From a virus (Duplodnaviria; Caudoviricetes): DNA of 64,000 bases. Location of the stretch: the IMG/VR virus record IMGVR_UViG_3300042558_004043. One strand, written 5' to 3'. This document shows positions 37,368-45,827 of the stretch, in pieces (position 1 is the stretch's first letter; every line of letters starts with the position of its first letter). Both the position numbers and the translations under genes were made by a program. Below the pieces are notes generated by a model, which made no database searches, was not told the origin of the DNA, and saw only the letters and a program-made list of their open reading frames with translations.

Positions 37368-38603
37368 ATGTCAAAAAGATTTTTAATTTCCGAAGAGGAG
37401 AAAAAATATATCCTAAGTTTGTATGAACAACGAATTTCTGATTTACCCCAGAATCAACAAACTACAACACCAAAACCTAATTTGGGACAAACACCAAAGA
37501 CCAAAGATTTAAGGTCAACTTTGTCACCACAACAACAACAACAATATAAAGATATGACAAGGGGACAAAAGGATTTGTCAAAAGTGTATTATGGGGAGAT
37601 GAGTCCGGTTAACAAACCGGCAAACGTAGTCAAAAAAGTTAGATTAATATTTCCAAGTTCAAAATGGGAGGAGATTGGATTGTCTTTGTTAAAAAAATTT
37701 AAAATTTTTACAGGTTTCTTTAGGTCATTGGGAGAGGCGTTGAATATTGTAGATGGTATGGTCAAAAATGGAGTTAAAACAGAAGAATTGGTTATAGGTT
37801 CTCACGGAGGTGGGGAACAGTTATTGATAACACAAAAAGAAGGTTCTTTTAACTTTAACAATTCTTTTTTGGATAAAATAAAACAAATTGTAACCCCTAC
37901 CACCAAAGTTTTTTTTACCGCATGTTACGGTGCTGATTACTTAGAAGTGTTAAAAGATGCTGCAGAAAAATTGGGAGTTGGAGCTTACGCATCTTCAGGG
38001 GTGTATAATTATGTAACAAATGAATCTGAAAAAGGGTTTTACTATTGTTCCCCACAACCATATGAATTACCTGTAGGAGATAAAGTGGTGCAACCATTAA
38101 ATCCTACCGAAGAACAAAAAAAATATGGTGACATAAATATAAAATATTTGTCTAATGTTTATCCAAATGAGGTGACTTATACAATAAAAACTGACATATT
38201 TGGAGCACCTTTACAAATCACCAAAAAATTAAATTTTAAATCAACAAACTACGGAGGAAGTCATATACAAAAGGGTAAATTTGAAATTGATGGGTGGGTA
38301 AAACTAAAATATGATATTGAGGAATATATTGAGCGCATAAAAAACAATCCAGGTGAAAATAAAGATTCCGACACTTTATTTAATTCGTATAGAGCTTGGA
38401 TGAAAAAAACTCCTAATATGGATGAGTTTTTGGCTACCGAATTTATTAACGGAAAAATAAAAATATTTGTTAATAACATTGATGTCAAAACATTTAAACC
38501 TTTTAGTTTACCTAACCGTGTTGATAACGATTTCTTCTTGAGTAAAGGTTTGTGTAGAAAGGTGAATGGTTCTCCGGTTAGTTGGTTCGAGTCAGTCGAT
38601 TAA
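37368..38603 (+). CDS. Leader-type protein with caspase/hemoglobinase-fold (DUF4347/CHAT-like) peptidase domain
   Basis: MSKRFLISEEEKKYILSLYE leader; LVIGSHG...VFFTACY His-Gly/Ala-Cys dyad pattern. Confidence 0.55.
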   Translation: MSKRFLISEEEKKYILSLYEQRISDLPQNQQTTTPKPNLGQTPKTKDLRSTLSPQQQQQYKDMTRGQKDLSKVYYGEMSPVNKPANVVKKVRLIFPSSKWEEIGLSLLKKFKIFTGFFRSLGEALNIVDGMVKNGVKTEELVIGSHGGGEQLLITQKEGSFNFNNSFLDKIKQIVTPTTKVFFTACYGADYLEVLKDAAEKLGVGAYASSGVYNYVTNESEKGFYYCSPQPYELPVGDKVVQPLNPTEEQKKYGDINIKYLSNVYPNEVTYTIKTDIFGAPLQITKKLNFKSTNYGGSHIQKGKFEIDGWVKLKYDIEEYIERIKNNPGENKDSDTLFNSYRAWMKKTPNMDEFLATEFINGKIKIFVNNIDVKTFKPFSLPNRVDNDFFLSKGLCRKVNGSPVSWFESVD

Positions 38604-38617
38604 TATAAAAAAATAAT

Positions 38618-38929
38618 ATGAAAAGATTAATAATTACCGAAGAAGAAAAACATTATATAAAAAGTTTGTATGAACAAACAACAGGTACAACCAAACCTAT
38701 TGACCTTAATTATATTTTAGCTCAAAGTGAGTCTGGAAAAACAAATAATGATTTCTGTAAATCAAAAAATGGTTATGACGTATGTATGTTTGTCCAATCC
38801 TCAAACCCAAGAGTAATTCAAGGTAAGTATGATATTAGAAAAAATATTTTAACCAACTCAGGTTATAGTATGGTTGAAGAGGACAAAACAAAATCCGGTA
38901 TTATTACAAGTATTTGGAAAAAACAGTAG
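38618..38929 (+). CDS. Leader-type hypothetical protein (MKRLIITEEEK...SLYEQ)
   Basis: Leader nearly identical to that of 37368. Confidence 0.8.
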   Translation: MKRLIITEEEKHYIKSLYEQTTGTTKPIDLNYILAQSESGKTNNDFCKSKNGYDVCMFVQSSNPRVIQGKYDIRKNILTNSGYSMVEEDKTKSGIITSIWKKQ

Positions 38930-38972
38930 TTAGTTTTTCGTTTCCAAAAGTATTTATATACAAAAGATTATA

Positions 38973-39503
38973 ATGAGTAATATTGATTCGTATAAAGAAA
39001 GATTCTATGGTCTCATGGAATCAACAATGGGTGATGTAAGACCTTTAGTCGATGATTTGCCAAACAAAAAAGTAGTTAGCGAAGGTATATTAACATTAAT
39101 AGGTGGGATGTTTATTTCTGCAGCAATAACCGGAATTTATAAATGGATATCAAATTATAAACTTAAATCTAGAATGATAGAAACCGGACAAATTAAAAAA
39201 TCACAAGACGAAAAAATTGTAATGAAACAATATAAAGATAAAAAAGATGACTCAATATATTGGGGAGTTGATTTTACTGATAGTACACAGGACGAAGGGT
39301 GGGAAGATAGAAAAATATTATTATTTAAAGGAGATGACCCACGTAGAGTTGAAAGAATTATTAAATCTTACGAGGTTGACCCTGAAAAGTTTTTTAATTA
39401 CACTGATGAAGATAAAATGAGTGATAACTGGTCTAAAAGATTTGGACCAAATGTGGCCGACCTGAAAATTGATGTCTCAACAAGAAAACTATCTGATAAG
39501 TAA
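38973..39503 (+). CDS. Leader-type protein with one TM-like helix
   Basis: RFYGLMESTMGDVRPLV leader; hydrophobic GILTLIGGMFISAAITG. Confidence 0.75.
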   Translation: MSNIDSYKERFYGLMESTMGDVRPLVDDLPNKKVVSEGILTLIGGMFISAAITGIYKWISNYKLKSRMIETGQIKKSQDEKIVMKQYKDKKDDSIYWGVDFTDSTQDEGWEDRKILLFKGDDPRRVERIIKSYEVDPEKFFNYTDEDKMSDNWSKRFGPNVADLKIDVSTRKLSDK

Positions 39504-39504
39504 T

Positions 39505-40992
39505 TTATATACCTAAAATAGCGGAACCAGATTGTTTTATAGGCTCAACTCTTCTAGAAATCATTTCACCTGGGTTTCTACCACGAGAAATTTCCGTACC
39601 TATATCAACGGAACTTAATCCTTGAGATATTTTTGCACTTGATTTACCCAACTTTCTTGCATTAAGTTGTAATGCGTATAAATCACCAATATGAGTACCA
39701 AATTTAGAATCCACTATTTTTAAGGCTTCTTCAGTTGGTTTTTCTTTTAAATTATCTTCGGCATATTTTTCGGCCGCCTTTAATTCAGATTGACTAATTG
39801 TTTTACCAACCCATTTTTCAATTTGTTGGGGGGCAACACTTTGTAGTTCCCTAAATATAGTAACATCAAACGGTTTAGTCATAAATTCAGCAATTTTAAG
39901 AGACCCTCTTGAAACCGAACCAGCAAACGAACCCATAGCCTCTCCTGTCCATTTTGATAATTCACTTACAGTGTTGTTAAAAAGATTTTTAATATTAACA
40001 ACGTGTTTGGAAACCCACCCAATACCCATTTTAGATTTCATAAAAGTTGACGCTTCACCTAACCATTTACTAAGAAGTGATGCTCCATTTTTTATTGTTC
40101 CTATGACTGGTTTAATATATTTTCCGGCGGCTCCTTCCATTAACATTTTTATCGCATTACCAGCACCAGTTGTTGCTTTACCAATAAATCCTTTAAGTAC
40201 TCCGCTTAAACTTCCTGCGGTAACCAAACAAATAATATCTATTATTAAATTAAATAAGGAGGAGGCAGAACCATTTTCAAAATATTGATACGCATCATAA
40301 AGAGTTAAAATACCCCAAGCAACATCATTAACAATTGCACCTACCCCTGTAAATGCTAAAATTGTTTGTACCGCAACCCCGCCTAAACTAAATAACGCGG
40401 ACCTCAATCCCTCCATTATTGCCGAGATACCATTTTGATTTATATAATTAACCGCATTTTTTAGGTAATCAACGATAGTTGTTGATTGGTCTTTTTTATA
40501 TAATGGTTGAGTTTTTTTATAATCAGCATAGGTCTGTTGTCCTGGTTTTGCTTGAGTAAAATTTGGTTTAGGTCCTGTGTAAGTTTGTTGGTTTTGTGGT
40601 AAATCAGATATTCTTTGTTCCTGTAATAACTTATATTTTTTTTTAACCCATTTTAACGGATTAAAATTTGAGTCTTCCCTTAAAACACCAATTTTTTGGC
40701 ACATTGATAAAAATAAAAAGTCATTGAACTTATTTATCTCATCACGAATATCAAATTTACTTTCTGATAAAATCCTTTTAGGAAATATCTCTTTATATGA
40801 CTCAACAATAACTTCATTATTATCAAATAAATCATTTATTTGTTCCTTTTGTATTTTTTTAATATATGGTAATTTTTCAGTTTGGTGTAAAGATTCTGTA
40901 ATGGATACAAAAACTTTTTTTTGAAATTCTAATTGATTATAGAATTCAATTAGTAAATTTTTTACTTCGGAAATATATAATTCTTTGGTCAT
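39505..40992 (-). CDS. Large protein with Gly/Ala-rich hydrophobic helices (candidate ejection/membrane-inserting protein)
   Basis: GGVAVQTILAFTGVGAIV...IIDIICLVTAG segments; internal LLQEQRISDLPQNQQT. Confidence 0.7.
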   Translation of the reverse strand: MTKELYISEVKNLLIEFYNQLEFQKKVFVSITESLHQTEKLPYIKKIQKEQINDLFDNNEVIVESYKEIFPKRILSESKFDIRDEINKFNDFLFLSMCQKIGVLREDSNFNPLKWVKKKYKLLQEQRISDLPQNQQTYTGPKPNFTQAKPGQQTYADYKKTQPLYKKDQSTTIVDYLKNAVNYINQNGISAIMEGLRSALFSLGGVAVQTILAFTGVGAIVNDVAWGILTLYDAYQYFENGSASSLFNLIIDIICLVTAGSLSGVLKGFIGKATTGAGNAIKMLMEGAAGKYIKPVIGTIKNGASLLSKWLGEASTFMKSKMGIGWVSKHVVNIKNLFNNTVSELSKWTGEAMGSFAGSVSRGSLKIAEFMTKPFDVTIFRELQSVAPQQIEKWVGKTISQSELKAAEKYAEDNLKEKPTEEALKIVDSKFGTHIGDLYALQLNARKLGKSSAKISQGLSSVDIGTEISRGRNPGEMISRRVEPIKQSGSAILGI

Positions 40993-41077
40993 GGATATAT
41001 TTATATATAATATTATAAATATATCTTTATTAAACAATTTAGTTAAATTAGATATTTATTAATAAAAAAATATCATC

Positions 41078-41386
41078 ATGAAAAAAGTTATAAAACTAAC
41101 CGAAGAAGATTTAACCAAAATTATTGAAAGGGTTATTTCTGAAGCTAAGGAAGAAGAAAAATACGAAAAAGGTCCATCAGGAATGAGAGCCGCTCGCTCT
41201 AAGGCCGACTACACTCCAACCCCAAAAGAATCAGATATTATGTCTGACTTGTTTGGTAAGTACAAGGATGATATTCCACCAATCGTCGTTAGATACTTAA
41301 GAAAGTTGGGTAAGGAAACTCTAACTAAGAGACTTATGAAGTTAGGTATGATAGATAAAACAATAATCGGTAAAGAAGAAGAATAA
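41078..41386 (+). CDS. Leader-type hypothetical protein (MKKVIKLTEEDL...VISE)
   Basis: Behind TATTTAT. Confidence 0.8.
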   Translation: MKKVIKLTEEDLTKIIERVISEAKEEEKYEKGPSGMRAARSKADYTPTPKESDIMSDLFGKYKDDIPPIVVRYLRKLGKETLTKRLMKLGMIDKTIIGKEEE

Positions 41387-41387
41387 T

Positions 41388-41900
41388 ATGAAACAATTTT
41401 TAAATATTGACGAAAACGAGAAGAAAAGAATTCTAGAAATGCATGAAAATGCGGTTAAAAACCATTATCTAAATGAACAAGGAACCCCACCCCAACAACA
41501 ACCTATATCATCAACTGGAACCGTTATAAACGGTAAAACATATACCGTTGAACGAATAACTGATAATGAAAGTTTGATGCAGTTCATTAATTGGGGAACC
41601 CCAAGATGGGACGAAGAGAGTAAAAAAGAAATAAGACCAATTACGGTGGATATGGTTAATACGGCTACAGGTTCGGCGTTAACCGCTTTACCTGAAAAAC
41701 CTGAAGCCGAAGTTGATAGTGAAGTTGTTGCAAAGACTAAGAGAGTTTATAGTGATTTAGATTTAATTGCTCAAAATTATAAAATCTCAGAATTATGTGC
41801 CAGCACGGTTGCAAATAAAAGGTTACCACTACAAAATCCAAAATCTTTAGAAATTGCTAAAAAGAGAGCGGTTGCTTTGGGATGGTGTGCTAGAGCTTAA
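41388..41900 (+). CDS. Leader-type hypothetical protein (IDENEKKRILEMH...YLNEQ)
   Basis: 170 aa ORF. Confidence 0.8.
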   Translation: MKQFLNIDENEKKRILEMHENAVKNHYLNEQGTPPQQQPISSTGTVINGKTYTVERITDNESLMQFINWGTPRWDEESKKEIRPITVDMVNTATGSALTALPEKPEAEVDSEVVAKTKRVYSDLDLIAQNYKISELCASTVANKRLPLQNPKSLEIAKKRAVALGWCARA

Positions 41901-41916
41901 AATATTTTTCATATAT

Positions 41917-41946
41917 AAAAAAAGGAGAGGTGACTCTCCTTTTTTA
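41917..41946. terminator. Bidirectional terminator
   Basis: A7-GGAGAG-GTGA-CTCTCC-T7 between convergent genes. Confidence 0.85.
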
Positions 41947-41954
41947 TTTTAATA

Positions 41955-42374
41955 TCAGTTGTAAATAATTTCAGGATTTTTACTGAAAAAACCTTTAATC
42001 AAATCTCCATCACGGTATTCAAAAATGTACATAATATTTCCCTCATCAGTTTTACCCAATACAATTAATGATTCTTGTTTACCTTCTTTGACTATTACAT
42101 CAATAATATTTGTACTATCATTAATTTTAATGATTTGATTGTCAAAACCGCTATACGATTCAATTTTATTATCCAAATCAAATTTTATTACAAAATTTGG
42201 CTTATGCTCATATAACACGGTATAAACTAATTTATTAGATTCAATAGCTTGTGGAGTGCTAATCAATGCCGAATGCTCAAAAAATTGAGTGGTATCTAAT
42301 TTTACTGTAATAACTTGAGAATTAGATAGAATTGTCGTTAGTACAAGAAAAACAAATAGGGTGACTTTTTTCAT
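41955..42374 (-). CDS. Exported hypothetical protein
   Basis: MKKVTLFVFLVLTTILSNSQ signal peptide; TAnnTTTG upstream. Confidence 0.7.
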   Translation of the reverse strand: MKKVTLFVFLVLTTILSNSQVITVKLDTTQFFEHSALISTPQAIESNKLVYTVLYEHKPNFVIKFDLDNKIESYSGFDNQIIKINDSTNIIDVIVKEGKQESLIVLGKTDEGNIMYIFEYRDGDLIKGFFSKNPEIIYN

Positions 42375-42444
42375 TGTGATTTGATTTATTCTACAAATAT
42401 ACACAAAAATAACAAACCAAAAAATATTTATTAAAAAAAATATT

Positions 42445-42570
42445 ATGTCTAAAGCAAGAAAAGAACCAAAACCTAAGAGTAACAGAAAAAATTGGGTTAA
42501 GAATAATAAAAGAATCGAAGAAAATACAAGAATTTTAAATCTTTTACTTAATGAGAATAATTCTAACTGA
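42445..42570 (+). CDS. Small basic peptide (not in track)
   Basis: MSKARKEPKPKSNRKNWVKNNKRIEEN...; behind TATTTAT at 42425; 3' end approximate. Confidence 0.45.
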   Translation: MSKARKEPKPKSNRKNWVKNNKRIEENTRILNLLLNENNSN

Positions 42571-42898
42571 ATCCCAATTGAATAAATTGGTCAATGAACA
42601 ACTGACTCACCCTGAGACAGAACTATCAAAATATTTAGAAGACTTTGATAAAATCCAAATAACCGGTGATACCCACGAATTAGGTCTTCAAAATTTTACA
42701 ACTCCCGAAGATTTTGTTAAAAAAATAAAAGAACTCCCTTTACAGGTAAGTTCTTTTAGAATTGATTCGGAAGGATTTAATTTTCCGATATATAAACTTT
42801 CGTTGAATGGTGAGATTGGAAATTATGAGGTGAGTTTAGGTCATGAACCACTATCACCTTACAAATTTGTAACCGCTTCAATCAAGAAAACGTTTTAG
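42551..42898 (+). CDS. Leader-type hypothetical protein (MRIILTESQ...LVNEQ)
   Basis: 115 aa ORF. Confidence 0.8.
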   Translation: MRIILTESQLNKLVNEQLTHPETELSKYLEDFDKIQITGDTHELGLQNFTTPEDFVKKIKELPLQVSSFRIDSEGFNFPIYKLSLNGEIGNYEVSLGHEPLSPYKFVTASIKKTF

Positions 42899-43095
42899 TG
42901 TCTACGATTGGTACATTGATGGTCCAACATTCCGTGACCACGATTATTTCGCATAGTTTTCTTCATTACTTGAGTTGATTTCTTATGATGAGACTTATAA
43001 TCATATCCACGATGACTTGTACTACAAGAACCAAGAAAAAGAATTAATAGAATGAATATTAGGAAAATTAAGAAAGCTTTAAATGGGTTCTTCAT
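42895..43095 (-). CDS. Small basic lipoprotein
   Basis: Hydrophobic stretch followed by an LGSC lipobox. Confidence 0.7.
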   Translation of the reverse strand: MKNPFKAFLIFLIFILLILFLGSCSTSHRGYDYKSHHKKSTQVMKKTMRNNRGHGMLDHQCTNRRH

Positions 43096-43131
43096 ATGGG
43101 TATGGGTTTTAAATTGTGGTACAAATATATG

Positions 43132-43626
43132 TCAAACTTCTTCTTCCACCAAATTATTTTTTAACCATTCTGGTTTATAACCGTTTTTCCATACCGCAAA
43201 ACCCATCTTAGCCCCACGGTAGTAGTTTCTATAAGATTCTACAACATCAGATACTTTATATTCGTCGGGCATTGCCTTTGGGGGTTCAGTAAAACCTATG
43301 TCCTTAATATTTGGCTTATTAATTAGACACCACTCAATTACATCCTGTGATTTATGACGTTTTCCGTACCTATTAGTGTATTCTTTACAAAGGGCGAGCC
43401 CAAGTTCACAAAGATAAAGATAGTTCGATAATGAGGACCTGGTCCATATAGAACAGGGGTGATTCTTATGGGATAACTTGTACGGTATTTGGTCGGTTAC
43501 TTGGCAGTCCATATGATGTACTGAACAAAGAAGTTGAGCGGTTTCAAGTATCATCTTAACCACATGTTTGTCACAATGGTCCTTAGCACATTTATTAACA
43601 TCCCAATCTAAAAAGAAAATATTCAT
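43132..43626 (-). CDS. Pyrimidine dimer DNA glycosylase-like (Pyr_excise family) protein
   Basis: MNIFFLD...CDKHVVKMILETAQLL...HKNHPCSIW...YRNYY. Confidence 0.78.
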   Translation of the reverse strand: MNIFFLDWDVNKCAKDHCDKHVVKMILETAQLLCSVHHMDCQVTDQIPYKLSHKNHPCSIWTRSSLSNYLYLCELGLALCKEYTNRYGKRHKSQDVIEWCLINKPNIKDIGFTEPPKAMPDEYKVSDVVESYRNYYRGAKMGFAVWKNGYKPEWLKNNLVEEEV

Positions 43627-43659
43627 ATGAGTACGATATTTATATAAAAAAACAAAGAT

Positions 43660-43857
43660 ATGAAAAAAACATTATTTATCGGACTTTTATCGTCTATTTT
43701 ATTTTATGGATGTACCTTCTCAATTGGTGGAGGATGTAAGTGCTCAGGTGATTGTGGAGCCCCACAAAAGATTGAAATAATTAATCAAACTCCTACTCCG
43801 ACAGAATCTCATTGTGAATCAACTGAAGAACCTATTGATACTTTAGAACAATATTAA
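43660..43857 (+). CDS. Small Cys-rich lipoprotein
   Basis: FYGC lipobox-like motif; CKCSGDC. Confidence 0.65.
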   Translation: MKKTLFIGLLSSILFYGCTFSIGGGCKCSGDCGAPQKIEIINQTPTPTESHCESTEEPIDTLEQY

Positions 43858-43859
43858 TA

Positions 43860-44192
43860 ATGAACTTCACTATATCCGAAAAGAAAAAACAAGTAATACT
43901 TGAGTTATTACATACTTTTCTTAATCAAAGATTAGAGTTGTATAAAGAACTCGATGACGCGGGAGAATTAGAGTATAGTGTTAGTACTATTGTTAGTAAT
44001 ATAGATAAAATTGAAATAACCGATATAAAAAGAGTTGGAGGTATATGGTCCGTCGATTTACTTTTTTATATGAATAGAATCTTTTCAGTTGTTGATGAAG
44101 ATTTAATTTATGATTTATCTTCAAGTTTAACTGATTATATTGGTGAAAACGACATAAACATATCCCAACAAGAAAGTGAATATGGCATCTGA
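43860..44192 (+). CDS. Leader-type hypothetical protein (MNFTISEKK)
   Basis: 110 aa ORF. Confidence 0.75.
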   Translation: MNFTISEKKKQVILELLHTFLNQRLELYKELDDAGELEYSVSTIVSNIDKIEITDIKRVGGIWSVDLLFYMNRIFSVVDEDLIYDLSSSLTDYIGENDINISQQESEYGI

Positions 44193-44664
44193 ATTAGAAA
44201 AAATACCGGATAGAGCAATGTTTCAAATCCTTAAACAAGTTGCTCGCAATTGTGAATCGGAAGGAATATCCTTTGGTGGTATTAACTCAGAAGTATCCGA
44301 CGTGATTAAAGACACCCTAAAGATTTTTGGGGTTGTTGATAAAATTAGATTTATTGACGAGGATTATGTTTGGACGTTAGTTAATTTAAATAAAGACAAA
44401 TTGTCTGACGATAAACTAACGGGTAGTTTAATAAGACCCGAGCTTAAAGAATATGAATTTGATACTCAAATTACTGAGACTGTTTACCAAACTCAATCTT
44501 GGGAAAACACTGTTGAGTCTTATGGAGACCCATATTACTTGGTTAGGTTAATGGAATATGAAGGGGAATTTGACTATTACAGTGGTAGACAAGGTTACAG
44601 TGATGTTCATGATAGTGAAATAACTGATATTGAAATTGTTCGTAGGTCTTTTACCGAGATTTAA
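44182..44664 (+). CDS. Hypothetical protein
   Basis: About 160 aa ORF. Confidence 0.75.
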   Translation: MASELEKIPDRAMFQILKQVARNCESEGISFGGINSEVSDVIKDTLKIFGVVDKIRFIDEDYVWTLVNLNKDKLSDDKLTGSLIRPELKEYEFDTQITETVYQTQSWENTVESYGDPYYLVRLMEYEGEFDYYSGRQGYSDVHDSEITDIEIVRRSFTEI

Positions 44665-45422
44665 GCAACGTCACTTAATGTGTTAATATCAATTCTATTA
44701 TCTGAAGTTTTCGCAAAAATAAGTTCTTCCGCTACCTCATAGAAATACACTTCGCCAGACTCAATATCCTCACTTGGGTCATCTATGACTTCATGTTTTC
44801 TTAATAATGATATTGATTTTTTAGATATCATTATTTCATTTTTAACCTTATCCCACTCATCCAAAAGAAGAAATTGGTCTAATAATGTTTTATCATAAGA
44901 TACAAAAAACCATTGACTAACCTCTGACTTATCATAATCATCGATAGACCCCGAGCCGTCACAATAATCACAAGCAATAGTACCATCATCGTCACAATCA
45001 TTACAACTTTCTTTTCCTTCTCCATCGCACGTTCTGCATGACTCGCCTTCTTCGTCTTCTCCGTCACCACCACAGTCAACACAGTCTATTTTTCCGTCAC
45101 CATCACACGAATCACACATATTATAACCATCTCCATTACAATAATCACAATTAACATCAGCATAATCTGAATCAACTTCAATTAAGGTAAACCCAAATAA
45201 ATTAAATTTGATAAAATCATATTGTTCATCCAAAACCTCAGGAGTGTCCACCATTGGTAATAGGTATGATGCCATTATAATATCTTCTGGTTTCATTCCA
45301 CTTGCAAATTCTTTGTATGGGAATTGAGTTACAAAATAAGTGTATACGTCAGTAGGACTGAGATTACTGAAATTTGGTTTGTATATTTTTTTAATTAGTG
45401 ATAATAATTTTGGTTTTTCCAT
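44661..45422 (-). CDS. DnaJ-type CxxCxGxG zinc-finger protein without J domain
   Basis: Six CxxCxGxG-like repeats (CDYCNGDG, CDSCDGDG, CVDCGGDG, CRTCDGEG, CNDCDDDG, CDYCDGSG); no HPD motif. Confidence 0.8.
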   Translation of the reverse strand: MEKPKLLSLIKKIYKPNFSNLSPTDVYTYFVTQFPYKEFASGMKPEDIIMASYLLPMVDTPEVLDEQYDFIKFNLFGFTLIEVDSDYADVNCDYCNGDGYNMCDSCDGDGKIDCVDCGGDGEDEEGESCRTCDGEGKESCNDCDDDGTIACDYCDGSGSIDDYDKSEVSQWFFVSYDKTLLDQFLLLDEWDKVKNEIMISKKSISLLRKHEVIDDPSEDIESGEVYFYEVAEELIFAKTSDNRIDINTLSDVA

Positions 45423-45484
45423 ATTAATAAATACCTTAGTGGTATGATTAGTGATATTTATATAATACTCTAAAACTAAATAAA

Positions 45485-45820
45485 ATGAAAACAATTCTAA
45501 CTTTTTTAATGTTGATGTTTATTACCATCAACACTTACTCCCAAAAGTTTCAATCCGATTATAATATTGTGATTGATTATAATGGTAAAGAACGTATTGA
45601 GAAAAAACACACCGGAACTTGGGTGTGTTATGATACAATTATGTATCAATTTTACGGACCCGATACTTTAGAATATAAAATATCTAAAATAATGAATAGA
45701 GATGTTTATTATGTTAATGACTTTGACGAAACCGTAAAAGTTCTGTTTATGCAAAATGGTTCAGTCATGAGAAAAAACATGACAAGACCAAATCAATATT
45801 TGATTTATCGTAAAGATTAA
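45485..45820 (+). CDS. Exported hypothetical protein
   Basis: Signal peptide ending YS/Q. Confidence 0.7.
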   Translation: MKTILTFLMLMFITINTYSQKFQSDYNIVIDYNGKERIEKKHTGTWVCYDTIMYQFYGPDTLEYKISKIMNRDVYYVNDFDETVKVLFMQNGSVMRKNMTRPNQYLIYRKD

Positions 45821-45827
45821 TATTTTA

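Noticed and set aside
25893-37368. Extended N-termini from the track (26348, 30261, 30986, 31935, 37329)
   Set aside because: These extensions translate through terminators or the 45 bp repeat (FPIPPTP); downstream ATGs behind promoter motifs and matching paralog starts are preferred
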